Part shown: positions 1 through 9,533 of the stretch, piece after piece
Layout of the letters: the number at the start of each line of letters is the position of its first letter
How positions within the stretch are numbered: position 1 is the first letter of the stretch
IMG/VR virus record: IMGVR_UViG_3300027805_000085
Location: 1 to 24,811 of that record
Origin: a virus
Lineage: Duplodnaviria; Caudoviricetes
Length of the DNA: 24,811 nucleotides
Strand: one strand, 5' to 3'
The notes under the pieces: generated by a model
What the model was told of the DNA's origin: nothing
The model's database searches: none
What the model saw: the letters and a program-made list of their open reading frames with translations, nothing else
Made by a program: the position numbers and the translations under genes

Positions 1-3000
1 AGGATTTGTACCGCCCAGGCCGGTGTATTGTCAGGATTGTTGTACCCCGTGACTTGGCCATAGTTGGCCTCGGCTACTTGTTGATCGTTGCCAGGAGATC
101 CTATCAGTAATCTTCCATTTCGATAGTTGACTGCAAAACCAAATCGATCGTTGGTAGCAGAAGTGTCGTCGTATACTTGTTGTCCAAATATCAATGCTCC
201 TGGGTTGTTGATTGATGATGTGGCACTGGGCAACAAATCAAAAGTGTAAGCCACACCACTGTTGAATACTGGTGAGAAGAATGTGGTACTACGATCATCA
301 AAATAAGTTTGAGCAAGGTCAAAGGTCACAGGGGCATACACATCGCCATTGGGCGCACCCACTATCAAATTTATAGCTGTGCTGTCAACATCCAGGCTTT
401 GGCCAAAGTAAGCATAGTCGGTGGGATTAGGACTCACAATGGTTTGTGCATAGTAGTAGGTTTCAAAGCCCAGATCATCAAATGCTGTGCCTGTCACTCC
501 GGGAAGAACTGTGAGTTTGTTGTTGGGCAATGTGGCCTGAATGTTGACCACACTCACTGTCATGCGTCCAGAAACCACAGTTATTGTTGTGCCAAAAGTG
601 GGTGCGGCTACAAATATCAACTGTCTTGTATTGTTGTTGTAGGTATAATCAACTCCGGCGGTTTGTAACACCGTGCCCAAATAGACCACAGTGGTATAAG
701 CTGTTGTGGCACTGTATATGGTTCCTACATCAAATATCTTGGTTACACTGTCACCCGACAAAATCAGATCTGTTGTAGCCGATGCTATCACATTGGGTAT
801 TCCAGCCGAATTAATAGCTGATATCAATCCTTGTATGGTATTGTTGGGAGCAAGAGGAACAGCAACTTGAGTGTTGTTAATTCTTATAGGATCTCCAGCG
901 ACCAGTGTAGGATTGGCCTTGGTTGTTGAAGTGACTCCGTAGACTCGACTCTGATTTACGTTGCGTTGTACCTGTCCTTCCTGTGGAAGAGTCACTGTGG
1001 CCAGTGGCTCTCCAGTGTATACACTGCAATTGTTTGAACAGATTTCTACGGCGGTACCAAATGCGCTTTCATCTTGGGCCGTGGCCGAAATAATTTTTTG
1101 TATTTGCTGGAACTCATTGGTTTCAATTTCTATAACGTCACCAATGGTCAAACTTGTTGTACTAGACAACACAACGTCTGATCCTACTATGCTAAATTGA
1201 CCATTTTTAAAGTCATCTGAGTTGTTCAAGAACTGATTGTTTAAAATTACCGAGATCGGACCTTGAGGAGTTCCTGGCATGGCATAAGTCAACTGTGTGA
1301 CATCTGTTACCAGGTAGCGAATCACGCTGCGATCAAATGCATAAACTGACCCAGCTTGATTCACTGCTCCAGCATCGTCTAAGGGTGAGCCAATCAAAAT
1401 TTGACGGCCGTCGGTGGCAGTGGTCAGACTGGATCCAAATCCTGCATTTGCACCTAGGCCGGGCACTGTGAGAGTTTCTACATATTGCCAGTAGCTTCCG
1501 GTCGATACACTGATGATTGAGCCAAACGGAGGAATGTTTATAAAAGTCACTTCTGTGGTGCTGTCGTTAAAGGTGTAATCAATAAATGGACGTTGTAATT
1601 GTCCATCCACGGCTACAGTAAACGAATAAATGTTGGTGGCTGTGTAAAGCTCTGGGTTAAGAGCAAAGGTCGTGGCGTTGCCAATGCCAACTCCGCTATA
1701 GGTAAATGTTTCTACTCCAGTGTCAGCATCGACTGTGGTCACTGTGATTGTTAAATTGTTGGCCGGTGTAGCCCCACCAATTGCTGCTCCAAATATGACC
1801 AGGGTGTCACCAGGTGCATATCCGGATCCAGGCGAAACCAAAGTAGGAAAGTAATCTCCACGCACAGAATTCAAAGAAAACACAGCGCCAGATCCGAGCC
1901 CACTGGTGGTATTTTGTAGTATTCCAAAATAGTTGTAGTCGTCAAGCTGTGCGACCTGGCGGCGACTGATAGAGAGATTCAATCCTGCAGTCGGCGTGCT
2001 GAATAACACCACTGTTGTGGCAGTTATCAAATAGTCAATGGCATAAACAAGATCTACGTTGATACCGCTTTGCAAATTGTCCAGGCTCAATACCAATTGG
2101 TCAGGAAACACACTGTCAATTTCGATGAAATTTGAATAGTTGAAGATGTTGGTAGCGCCGTCGGTCACATAAACCACACGCTGATTTTCTATTTCAACCT
2201 TGCCGTAGGCATAGACTTTGTTGCCGGCGGCGGCACTCACATACATCCAGCGTTCATCCGGGCTGATGGTCACTGCTGAGCCAAACTCGATTGAAGAGAA
2301 ATCTAAATCAGGTGCTATCAGTACCTGAGACAAAATATAATTGTTGCTGCCGGGTACCAAGTATAGGACCACTGCGTATCCAGCATAGTTGTTACTGATG
2401 CTGGCACCAGCGACTCCCCAGGTACGATTACCAAAATCTACACTGTTACCAAAACCCAAAGTGTCCACGGCATTCAATTGTAAATTTATGTTGAAACCGT
2501 AGTTGCCGTCAATGGTTCTACGATAGGTATAAACACTGCCAGCTGAATCCAAGGAACTGTCTTCAGCATCTAATCCTGGGGCTCCAACCAGAGCTGTAAA
2601 ACTATCAGCGCCCTGGGCTATGGAAAACCCAAATTGATTGTTGGTTATTGGAGCTTCTGCACGCAAGCGATATAAATCTTTGAAGGGATTTTGCTTTTCT
2701 AAAACCACCCAGTGACCAGCACCATTGTCATCGACCCATACCCGTGCACCAGATACCAGACTGTTGGCATATGGCAAGGTGGCTATGTCGCTGGGCTGTG
2801 CTACTCGAGCTGTTTGCAAATAGAAAACCAGACCGTCGCCGTTGAGAGTGGTTTGATTGGTACTGATAAAATTGTAAGCAATGACTACTTGTGTGATACT
2901 GGGCACTGCTAATACACGATATACTCCATCCACTGCGTCGCTGAAATAACGAACAATTATGAGATCGCCCACAACAAGGCTGTGTGCCGAAGTAAATGTG

Positions 3001-6000
3001 GCCACACTGGTCTGATTGAGATTATCTGCTACTTGTGTAAGTCTGCCGGTCACACGTTCACATCTGTAAATGTTCCAATCATATGGATTGGTTTTTGCTA
3101 CCCAAATCACAGTGCCAATACCTACAGAATCTAAGTTGGCAGCAATACTGGAAGGATCATCCAGGCTGAATACAGTGATGTCTGCATCATTTAAATTTAC
3201 ATAGCCGGCACTGGGCAAGGCAGTATCACTGATGGTTGAGTAGGTAGTAGGCAATATGTCAGTGCTGGTCAGTTTGAAACTTTCTCTCCAGACATCACTC
3301 AACAACACAGTTTGATCTGCGTCGCTGGTTTGCTGTGGATTGATAACTTGTATCACACTGGGATTTGATTGCAAGAGATCTTCATTGAGTCTGAGTTCAA
3401 AAAAGCTACGATTGGCATTGGCGCCATATGTAGATGCCAGTATGCCCCAGTTTTCATATATGTTGTATTCGCCACTTTCTTTGCCTAGGTCTGCACGAGT
3501 AAACAGTTCAGCTGAACGAATAGTTCCTTTGCTTCCTAGGAACTGTTGATAGATATTGACCTGACTAACATCGTCGAGATTCAATGCAGCCATGTACTGA
3601 CGTGGGCGGAATCCAATCAAGCCATAGCTCAACAAATCGTTGTCGCGTTCCAAGTTGGCACTATAGGTATTGTAACTGTTGGCCAACTGATCGGCCTTGT
3701 TGGCTATGTTAGGTAACAGGCCTTCTTGGATCAGTGTATAATCGGACGTGACCCAATCATTGAAATCAAACAATATCTTGGGTTGTACAATGGTTTGTGC
3801 TGACCAATAAACGTTTTTGTAAAGAACAATTTCGCCCTTGGTGTATTTGCGATTGCTTTGCCATTCTTTGACATTGTTTTCGTTGAGAATAAATCCTTGT
3901 GCATCTACTTGTCCGTTCCACTCAGTGGTAGTGGCCGCTGTGATCCGCACACGATTTTGTCGCGCAGCCGTAATTGGATCGTAGATCAAATCGGCAAAAA
4001 TACTCACATTGTCTAACACGACCATGTGTTCATAGTTGGTAAATCTCAGATGCAGATAACTTATGGTTTGATTTGAATCAGAAGTTATAGTAAAAGTATT
4101 CCCACTGCGATCTATCACAAGATCACGTGTGGGCAACACTTCACGATTTTGATCCAGCAGCATATTTTCTGGTGTAAGGCTTTCAATGGTGTCAACCACT
4201 GCGCCAGCTTTGACAGCTATCAATCGATTGGCCACTGGATTGAGATTGATCAAAGTTCCTGTGGCCCAACCTTGTTGACTAAAATACAAGAATTCTGTGG
4301 CCATCTGATTCCAGTTGAGTCGATATCCGTTTTCAACATCAGTAAATATCAATCCTTGACTTTCAAGATATGTGCCATAACTCAATATAAAATCCACAAC
4401 CATGGTAGTGTTGGTAAACACATACCCATATGGAACCTGGACCACAATGTCGGTGTAGTTAGCTGGCACACGCACTTCGGCCCCGCCACCACTTATTGTT
4501 TGTAGTACTCCACCACTAAAGCTGGCAAAAATTTCAAAGTATGGATTGGTAGTGCTGTATCCAAACACCGCATATCCTGTGGCCACACGTTCTACAATCA
4601 GGGCACTGTACACAATGTCAGCAAATGGCTGATTCTTGTACAACAACAGATTGTAACTTTCGTCTGGCAACAACAGACTACTGTTTTGGCTGTTGGGGCT
4701 AGATTTTTCTGTGAATATTTTTAGATACTGTTTGTTGGTAAAGCTGGCCATTCTATAGCACAGCCGTACATCGATACTGGCCAGATCGTCGGTCAATTTT
4801 TCAGTGCTGTTGCGGCCCAACTGTTGATTGTAATCAACAATCCAGTTGATATAACTGGCCTTGCTGATTCCATCTTGTTGTCCTGCCAAGCGTCCATAGA
4901 CTTCGATGCCGCTGATGCTGTCTTGTCCGGGAATTGGTCGCAGACTCAATCGGTAACGACCATCGTACAAGTATTGATCAAATTCTGCGCTGAAACGATA
5001 ACGATCACGATCAGCAAACAGACTGAAGAATTCTGCAGGCCGTGTCAAGGCCAATAGGCGCATGACCGCAAATGGATAACTGCTGGATGTCCACCAGGAA
5101 CTTTCAACCGGGCCGCCGTCGCCAACCACCCAACTCTTGCGGAATGCAGTGGGATCATATGCGCCTACTACACTGTTGATTGGAGCCAGCAACTGTCCTT
5201 CTGTGCCCACTGGTATGACCGATGTCAGGCCTGGTCTGCGGAATTTTATGATCACATAAGGTGCCACAGGGTCAGCCACTAGGCCAGCTTCAAGGTCGTC
5301 CCACAATACCAAGTTGTCGCTGGTATAAGGCGCAGGACCATATCGTTCATGCCACCACACAGGTTCTTCACTGAACCCTAGCATTTCCCAGGGTGTTAGA
5401 TTGGGACTGATGGTGTCATAGTAATATCTATAGATTCCACGCCAAGCACCCAGCAACGAAGTTTCGGCGATGTTGCTGACTGTGCCGCCGCTGGTTATCT
5501 TGCTGCCGGCACTGCTGTAATTGTAAGTAAACGGGTTGTTGGCTACATAGTTCTGTGTTTTGTAATCTAGCTTGTTCCAGCCAATCCAACTTAAAAAACT
5601 TTCTCCAAGGATTGCAGTGATCTCAGTCTGCGTGTAATCTGTGGTACGAAAAGCTCCTGGAATGACATCATCAATGGTCAAGGGCACTGGATTGTCATCG
5701 GTCTTGAGATTGTTGTAAATGCGTGTTTCAAATTCTAATAAGATTTCATCTCTGATGTCGCCAAATGTCAAAGTGATGCTGCCATCATGACCTTGTATCA
5801 CTGTTGTGGGATTTACGTAATTGGTGTCAACAAATATCCTTGGCAAATATTTGGGGTACAGGCCCATCTTGCTGGGAGTGTTAGGACAGAAATTTCCAGC
5901 AGTGTTTCGATATTCACGCAAGGTTACCACGTCGCCTACAACCAAAGGCACAGTGACAGACAATGTTGGTCCATCAGTTGATACAACATAATCAGTGTTG

Positions 6001-9000
6001 CGGCTTAATAATGTGGTTGTGCTTTGCCCAGGTTCCGTGCCAGCGCGAGTAAGATATACCAACAAGCCTTGGAAGTTAGCTGATGTAAAATCGTAAGTCT
6101 GCACAGTATCAAACACATTGGTAGTGATAGGTGTGATTGTGTACGTGGTTTCTAAAAATACTGAACCAGTGGGCAACATGTCACTCCAATAAAATGGATT
6201 GATGTCTGTGCGCCCTTGGGTAATTTCTGCAATGGCCAAATCTAAAATTTGTGCCACAGTAGCATTTCCATACTCGTTGCGAACCACTGTTTCCAGCATG
6301 AGATTTTTAAACTTGATATATTCTCTAGAATTGTATTCTATAGCAGCAAAAATATCATATTCAAGATTTCTAGCAAAGTATCCGGCCAAGGTCAATGGGC
6401 TTGACTGTTGTAGGATTTGCAAACCATAAGGCACAATATTGCCTAGGTCACGTGTGTTGTTGGCTCCGTTGATGGGGCCTTGCAATGCAATCAGGTTTTC
6501 TCCGATGGTGCCGTAATGGCTACGCACAGTGCCCAGGGTAAATGTGTTGCTGTTGGCATTGATTGGATTGTTTTCTAAATTGATAGGTACCTGATAAAAT
6601 CCTTGTGCGCTGACTTGATCACTGATGGCTGTAATTTCAATAATGTCGCCGGGCACTACTCCGGTGGCCTCGGGTGTCAATATCACTGTGGTTACGTCTG
6701 CTGTGGTTGCTACTGAGTAACGAGATGGATCCTGGAAGTTGGCATTGACATACAACTGGATTGCAGGAACTGTGACAGAATCACTGACCTTGACATCCAG
6801 CTTCAATGGACGACCTTCGTAGGTGAATCTGAATTGTTGCCGAGTTATGCTGGGAGTGACGGCTGTTTGCCAACCCAGTTCTCTTACAAAAGCAACTCGA
6901 TTCAAATAACGATGCACAAACCCAGAACTGATTGCTTCCGTTGTACTGACTGAATCTTTTACATATATAAAAGTATCTGTGTACAAGTTGTTGTCAAACA
7001 CAATGTCACCGATGTTGGCCAAGTTAAGATATTTTAACGCAAACTCCAGCACTGGATCGTCAGGTCCAGTGCCCGGAGCATAGCTTAGTAACTTGCTACC
7101 TGTAAAAGTTGAACTGGGGTATTTGACCAAATTTCCAAGACTGATTTCTGTACTGTCAAATATGTCAAACAACGGTGCTTGATTTAAACTTTCTTTGTCT
7201 TGTCCTGGCAACCATGTCACGCCATCATAGTAAAAACTTTTTCCTTGTAAAGTTATACCACTTAAACATACCACAGTTTGATTGATTTCTACATCAGCAT
7301 CAGATGCAGGTACCAAATTAATAATAGGTTGCAATATCAATGGAGCCTGTGTGTCAGGCATGATGAATTCAACTTGATATACTTTGTTTCTGACATTGGG
7401 ATCAAGATCGGCTGCAAAAATAACCCGGCTTCCGTTGATAAATGGATATCCATCCACTCCATATCCCAGTGTGCCATTGACGTTGCTGAGTGCGTCAGTT
7501 GTTTGGAAATCAATGATGTTGACCGGTTGTTTACCTTGTGTTCCAAAATTAAACAAGCGTGTGCCAGCACGGAATTCCAGGATTGGTCTGCGACCACGTG
7601 CAGCATTGTCTACCACGGGTTGTATGTTGTTGAGTTCGGCTGAATAGTTGATTACATCTATATGGAACCAACGATTGCTACGACTCCAGCCATTGAGATC
7701 TGGACTGGCCCGGTTGATGGTAAGATAGTCAGGCCTTGCAGGAGCATTCAGTGTGCCATCAAAATTGCCCACATCGTAGGGCAATTGATCAAAGGAAATA
7801 CTGGCACTCTGCGTGTAAGTTTCAGGTGTCACAAAATCAGTCACAGGCAACAGGCGTATGGCCGTGCCTACACCTTCCACGTAGTAACTTTGATTTTGAT
7901 AGCTGACAGGATCAACGTTGCCTCGGAAAATTACTTTGAGACCATTGGTGAACACTACCCCATTGGGGCTGGTATAGGTAGGGCGATCAATTATGTCGTC
8001 AATTCTCAATGAGGAAGAGTCCAACGGATCTATCAAACGGATTTCTCCAAACAATGCTGGATCTATTCCATCTTGGTAGTACAACACATTGTTGACTGCG
8101 GTCAATAAAGGAATTTGTTCAAACAGTCCTTGGGTATTTTTGTACCACCCAGTGCTGGCATATTGTGTACCATACAGAATTGAAAACTTTTCCAGGTTGT
8201 TTACGGTCAGCACATTGGTCAATTGTATGTAATCAGTACCAGCTATATCTACATAATTGATTCTCCATACATTGTACCTTAGAGATTCAGGCACAGTGCC
8301 CCAACCGCTATCAGTGTATTGGAATACCAAGGTGCGATTGTTAAGGTCAACTATGCCGTCGATGCCAGAGATGTTTTCAATAAAAAACTGCTCAACTGTT
8401 TTGCCATTGATTTGATCATACTGTAGCGTGGTTATTAAGTCCACGCCTGGAAGCTCGGTCAAATTGTAATAAAAACTTTGTGCTGTGCTCAGAGGCACAT
8501 CAAATGTGATGGTGCCAAGATCTTCACCGTTGTTGGTCACTCCTAAAACATCTCTACTGCTGATGTTTGGAGTGGCCGGCAATTTTCCATTGACACCAGG
8601 AGCAGCTTGAATCCAAAAGTTTGGACCGGTGCCGGGCGTGGCATCAACTATGTTCATGGTACCACGCATGTTGAGTTGCGTGGCGCTACTGTAATACAGC
8701 ACATCGGGTGCGTCCTGGGGCACCACAAAAGTCACAGTTCCGGTGCTGGCACCATTGTTGGTCACGCCCGAATCATAGGTATTGGTGTTGCCCAGGCTGG
8801 CCAGAGTTTTGATGAAAAAAGTATACAAGCCAGTCAGTGACAAAGTAAATGTGTAGGTGTTGCCACGCACCAATGTCAAAGTAGGGTTGGGCTCATAGTT
8901 TATTAAATACGCAGAAGTACCGCTGTTCTGCACACGAAAATTTATGTCTTGTTTGTCATTCTGTGCCACTTGAAATGTGTAACTGCCTCCACGTACCAAG

Positions 9001-9533
9001 GTCAATGCTGGATTGGTTCCAGCCACTCCACTAAACGTGTAAGTGCTGTCTGCTCGTGTGACTACAAAATTGTCAGTGAGCAAAACCGTGGACGAAGAAA
9101 CATCTACGTCAAGAGGACCACTGGGCAACCAGTAGTATTGTTGATAGTTTACAAACTTATCAAAGTCAACAAATGGATCCCAGGCATAATATTCGCTGGT
9201 GTACAGTCTGTCTGAATTGTTGGTGTAAGCGCCTTGCAATCTCAGTGCATCATTGATTCCTGGATAGGTGATTACATCATTGATATTGTCGGTGCCGGGC
9301 TCAAGGCCAACAACTCCAGGTTCCAATTGATAATCATTGCGTGTCTTGGTGGGCTCAATTACATAACGATCTTCTGGATTGACTCCGGGTCCAACACGAC
9401 GTCCAACAAAGCCTTGCGTTTTTTGAAATTTTGGCTCTTGTATGAGTTGATCTAGTGTGGCTGCCAAAAACTGTCGATTGACCGGGGTTTGGAATATCTC
9501 AGGTAAAAAATCGACCGAACGTACTCGTGCCAT
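1..9533 (-). CDS. Giant multidomain virion/baseplate protein (gp7-like wedge position), partial, runs off the left edge; >3,177 codons
   Basis: ATG at 9533-9531 overlaps the gp6 stop (TAATG) and reads MARVRSVDFLPEIFQTPVNRQFLAATLDQL. Spot translations at 9014, 8888, 8030, 3863, 2633, 1439, 407 and 143 are all in the same frame, ending ...GYNNPDNTPAWAVQI at the window edge. Its absence from the ORF track is consistent with having no stop in the window. It contains FG-GAP blades, cupredoxin-like sandwiches and a CBM-like motif. The gp7-like label is inferred from position after gp6. Confidence 0.88.
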   Translation of the reverse strand, partial: MARVRSVDFLPEIFQTPVNRQFLAATLDQLIQEPKFQKTQGFVGRRVGPGVNPEDRYVIEPTKTRNDYQLEPGVVGLEPGTDNINDVITYPGINDALRLQGAYTNNSDRLYTSEYYAWDPFVDFDKFVNYQQYYWLPSGPLDVDVSSSTVLLTDNFVVTRADSTYTFSGVAGTNPALTLVRGGSYTFQVAQNDKQDINFRVQNSGTSAYLINYEPNPTLTLVRGNTYTFTLSLTGLYTFFIKTLASLGNTNTYDSGVTNNGASTGTVTFVVPQDAPDVLYYSSATQLNMRGTMNIVDATPGTGPNFWIQAAPGVNGKLPATPNISSRDVLGVTNNGEDLGTITFDVPLSTAQSFYYNLTELPGVDLITTLQYDQINGKTVEQFFIENISGIDGIVDLNNRTLVFQYTDSGWGTVPESLRYNVWRINYVDIAGTDYIQLTNVLTVNNLEKFSILYGTQYASTGWYKNTQGLFEQIPLLTAVNNVLYYQDGIDPALFGEIRLIDPLDSSSLRIDDIIDRPTYTSPNGVVFTNGLKVIFRGNVDPVSYQNQSYYVEGVGTAIRLLPVTDFVTPETYTQSASISFDQLPYDVGNFDGTLNAPARPDYLTINRASPDLNGWSRSNRWFHIDVINYSAELNNIQPVVDNAARGRRPILEFRAGTRLFNFGTQGKQPVNIIDFQTTDALSNVNGTLGYGVDGYPFINGSRVIFAADLDPNVRNKVYQVEFIMPDTQAPLILQPIINLVPASDADVEINQTVVCLSGITLQGKSFYYDGVTWLPGQDKESLNQAPLFDIFDSTEISLGNLVKYPSSTFTGSKLLSYAPGTGPDDPVLEFALKYLNLANIGDIVFDNNLYTDTFIYVKDSVSTTEAISSGFVHRYLNRVAFVRELGWQTAVTPSITRQQFRFTYEGRPLKLDVKVSDSVTVPAIQLYVNANFQDPSRYSVATTADVTTVILTPEATGVVPGDIIEITAISDQVSAQGFYQVPINLENNPINANSNTFTLGTVRSHYGTIGENLIALQGPINGANNTRDLGNIVPYGLQILQQSSPLTLAGYFARNLEYDIFAAIEYNSREYIKFKNLMLETVVRNEYGNATVAQILDLAIAEITQGRTDINPFYWSDMLPTGSVFLETTYTITPITTNVFDTVQTYDFTSANFQGLLVYLTRAGTEPGQSTTTLLSRNTDYVVSTDGPTLSVTVPLVVGDVVTLREYRNTAGNFCPNTPSKMGLYPKYLPRIFVDTNYVNPTTVIQGHDGSITLTFGDIRDEILLEFETRIYNNLKTDDNPVPLTIDDVIPGAFRTTDYTQTEITAILGESFLSWIGWNKLDYKTQNYVANNPFTYNYSSAGSKITSGGTVSNIAETSLLGAWRGIYRYYYDTISPNLTPWEMLGFSEEPVWWHERYGPAPYTSDNLVLWDDLEAGLVADPVAPYVIIKFRRPGLTSVIPVGTEGQLLAPINSVVGAYDPTAFRKSWVVGDGGPVESSWWTSSSYPFAVMRLLALTRPAEFFSLFADRDRYRFSAEFDQYLYDGRYRLSLRPIPGQDSISGIEVYGRLAGQQDGISKASYINWIVDYNQQLGRNSTEKLTDDLASIDVRLCYRMASFTNKQYLKIFTEKSSPNSQNSSLLLPDESYNLLLYKNQPFADIVYSALIVERVATGYAVFGYSTTNPYFEIFASFSGGVLQTISGGGAEVRVPANYTDIVVQVPYGYVFTNTTMVVDFILSYGTYLESQGLIFTDVENGYRLNWNQMATEFLYFSQQGWATGTLINLNPVANRLIAVKAGAVVDTIESLTPENMLLDQNREVLPTRDLVIDRSGNTFTITSDSNQTISYLHLRFTNYEHMVVLDNVSIFADLIYDPITAARQNRVRITAATTTEWNGQVDAQGFILNENNVKEWQSNRKYTKGEIVLYKNVYWSAQTIVQPKILFDFNDWVTSDYTLIQEGLLPNIANKADQLANSYNTYSANLERDNDLLSYGLIGFRPRQYMAALNLDDVSQVNIYQQFLGSKGTIRSAELFTRADLGKESGEYNIYENWGILASTYGANANRSFFELRLNEDLLQSNPSVIQVINPQQTSDADQTVLLSDVWRESFKLTSTDILPTTYSTISDTALPSAGYVNLNDADITVFSLDDPSSIAANLDSVGIGTVIWVAKTNPYDWNIYRCERVTGRLTQVADNLNQTSVATFTSAHSLVVGDLIIVRYFSDAVDGVYRVLAVPSITQVVIAYNFISTNQTTLNGDGLVFYLQTARVAQPSDIATLPYANSLVSGARVWVDDNGAGHWVVLEKQNPFKDLYRLRAEAPITNNQFGFSIAQGADSFTALVGAPGLDAEDSSLDSAGSVYTYRRTIDGNYGFNINLQLNAVDTLGFGNSVDFGNRTWGVAGASISNNYAGYAVVLYLVPGSNNYILSQVLIAPDLDFSSIEFGSAVTISPDERWMYVSAAAGNKVYAYGKVEIENQRVVYVTDGATNIFNYSNFIEIDSVFPDQLVLSLDNLQSGINVDLVYAIDYLITATTVVLFSTPTAGLNLSISRRQVAQLDDYNYFGILQNTTSGLGSGAVFSLNSVRGDYFPTLVSPGSGYAPGDTLVIFGAAIGGATPANNLTITVTTVDADTGVETFTYSGVGIGNATTFALNPELYTATNIYSFTVAVDGQLQRPFIDYTFNDSTTEVTFINIPPFGSIISVSTGSYWQYVETLTVPGLGANAGFGSSLTTATDGRQILIGSPLDDAGAVNQAGSVYAFDRSVIRYLVTDVTQLTYAMPGTPQGPISVILNNQFLNNSDDFKNGQFSIVGSDVVLSSTTSLTIGDVIEIETNEFQQIQKIISATAQDESAFGTAVEICSNNCSVYTGEPLATVTLPQEGQVQRNVNQSRVYGVTSTTKANPTLVAGDPIRINNTQVAVPLAPNNTIQGLISAINSAGIPNVIASATTDLILSGDSVTKIFDVGTIYSATTAYTTVVYLGTVLQTAGVDYTYNNNTRQLIFVAAPTFGTTITVVSGRMTVSVVNIQATLPNNKLTVLPGVTGTAFDDLGFETYYYAQTIVSPNPTDYAYFGQSLDVDSTAINLIVGAPNGDVYAPVTFDLAQTYFDDRSTTFFSPVFNSGVAYTFDLLPSATSSINNPGALIFGQQVYDDTSATNDRFGFAVNYRNGRLLIGSPGNDQQVAEANYGQVTGYNNPDNTPAWAVQI

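Noticed and set aside
309-9455. Numerous short ORFs in the track over 309-9455 (mostly plus strand)
   Set aside because: They are antisense or off-frame shadows of the giant minus-strand CDS, with no recognisable motifs.
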